Positions 31,336 to 32,000 of a DNA stretch of 32,000 nucleotides are shown here, one piece after another; positions within the stretch are counted from its first letter, which is position 1, and every line of letters starts with the position of its first letter. Below the pieces are notes generated by a model. It made no database searches. It was not told where the DNA came from and saw nothing but the letters and a program-made list of their open reading frames with translations. The DNA is from Actinomycetota bacterium (GTDB taxonomy: Bacteria > Actinomycetota > Actinomycetes > Mycobacteriales > Mycobacteriaceae). The translations under genes were made by a program, and so were the position numbers. Location: contig JAFDWN010000003.1 of assembly GCA_018268465.1 (NCBI GenBank), positions 43,653 through 75,652 on the forward strand, written 5' to 3'.

Positions 31336-31700
31336 CAACCGAGAAGGCTCTACCCGACATCGAGACAGAGTTCTATCCGCGGGAGTTCTCGGTCTACAAC
31401 CCGTCAGGATCGGTCGGAGTGAGTTGCGACGGGAGGGGGCAAGTCAGCGCACTGATGCTCGACGATGACGCCCTGGACCTCGGTGATGTTGACCTGGGTC
31501 GGGAAATCGTCGTCCTTGGGCAACTCGCGCGCGCGAAATACCGGATGGAACTTCGGCTGTGGTCGTTGGCGTCGGTGGCCGCTCAGGGCCGCGACCCTGA
31601 CCGGATGGACCGTTTCTACCGTCGCGTGCAAAAGCTGCCGACACCGGAGGAGTACCGGGAGATGGAAGTCGCCGAATTCGCCAGGAGGTACCCCGTATGA
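31332..31700 (+). CDS. EspD/EspH-like ESX-associated protein
   Basis: GTGA overlap start. FSVYNPSGSVGVSCDGRGQVSAL...LGREIVVLGQLARAKY...LPTPEEYREMEVAEFARRY parallels my recollection of Mtb EspD (FTVTNPPRTVSVSTLMDGRIDHV...ILVIADLARQK...LPSPEEAAAAEAEVFATRY). Confidence 0.7.
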   Translation: MTTEKALPDIETEFYPREFSVYNPSGSVGVSCDGRGQVSALMLDDDALDLGDVDLGREIVVLGQLARAKYRMELRLWSLASVAAQGRDPDRMDRFYRRVQKLPTPEEYREMEVAEFARRYPV

Positions 31701-32000
31701 GTGCGGCAACGGAGAACTTCGAAGCGGGTGTGGCCGCTCTGGGAATCCTGGACGGCGGACACGCCGATCACCAACAGGCGATGCGGTACTTCACTGCCGC
31801 CTCGGATCTGGACCCAGCGATGTGTGACGCGTGGTTGGGTCGGATGCTGTGCGGCGACAACGCCTCCGGCACGATGTACCGCGCGTGGCGCGCTCGCCAG
31901 CAGATGCACGCGCAAGTCAGCCGGATGGGAATCGCTGCGGCTCAGCTCTGGCCGCGATTCGACATCGGCATGGGTATCGTCGCGCTGGAGCAACCGATCT
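31697..32000 (+). CDS. eccA: EccA (type VII secretion AAA+ ATPase), N-terminal TPR-like part, truncated by window end
   Basis: AGGAGG lies 8 nt before the ATG, with an ATGA overlap. Hand translation MSAATENFEAGVAAL...DPAMCDAWLGRMLCGDNASGTMYRAWRARQQM matches the EccA1 N-terminus (ESACDAWIGRIRCGD...LFRAWYSRR). No stop before 32000. Confidence 0.75.
   Translation, partial: MSAATENFEAGVAALGILDGGHADHQQAMRYFTAASDLDPAMCDAWLGRMLCGDNASGTMYRAWRARQQMHAQVSRMGIAAAQLWPRFDIGMGIVALEQPI

Noticed and set aside
1-32000. CRISPR arrays, rRNA, integrase, transposase, IS ends, phage structural genes
   Set aside because: No short regularly spaced repeats, no recognisable recombinase motifs and no capsid, tail or terminase-like proteins were seen in any frame. 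Mobility is inferred only from cargo type and the tRNA fragment.

Overview
High-GC actinobacterial (Mycobacterium-like) accessory DNA; all homology calls are by eye from motifs, with no searches run. About 1-25.8 kb looks like mobile-element or plasmid-type cargo. It consists of tightly packed, often translationally coupled (ATGA/GTGA overlap) blocks of small hypothetical genes. Recognisable items are: a tRNA-Ser(CGA) 3' fragment (att-like) at 1161-1222; two inverted paralogous HTH genes sharing a TTGTAA(A/G)GTT leaderless-type promoter motif; a domain-only AsnB-like PP-loop ATPase operon ending in a DUF4326 protein; a umuDC-like operon behind a Gram-positive/mycobacterial-type SOS box; a PD-(D/E)XK-like nuclease next to a small FtsK-like P-loop protein; an internally deleted DUF5131 gene; an RHH protein followed by a CobB-type Sir2 that has lost its zinc cysteines; a NYN-domain protein; and an AbiEi/AbiEii pair. 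From about 25.9 kb to the window end a type VII (ESX) secretion locus begins. It contains a WXG-like protein with three C-terminal repeats, a double-HTH XRE regulator, EspC/F-like, EspB-like (PE-PPE fusion), EspL/YbaB-like, SARP-like and EspD/H-like genes, and the 5' end of eccA, which is cut by the window edge. No integrase, CRISPR array, rRNA or intact tRNA was seen. The most interesting candidates are the RHH plus zinc-less Sir2 pair inside a defence-like cluster, the non-canonical ESX front module with its repeat-bearing WXG protein, and the shared promoter/operator repeats.
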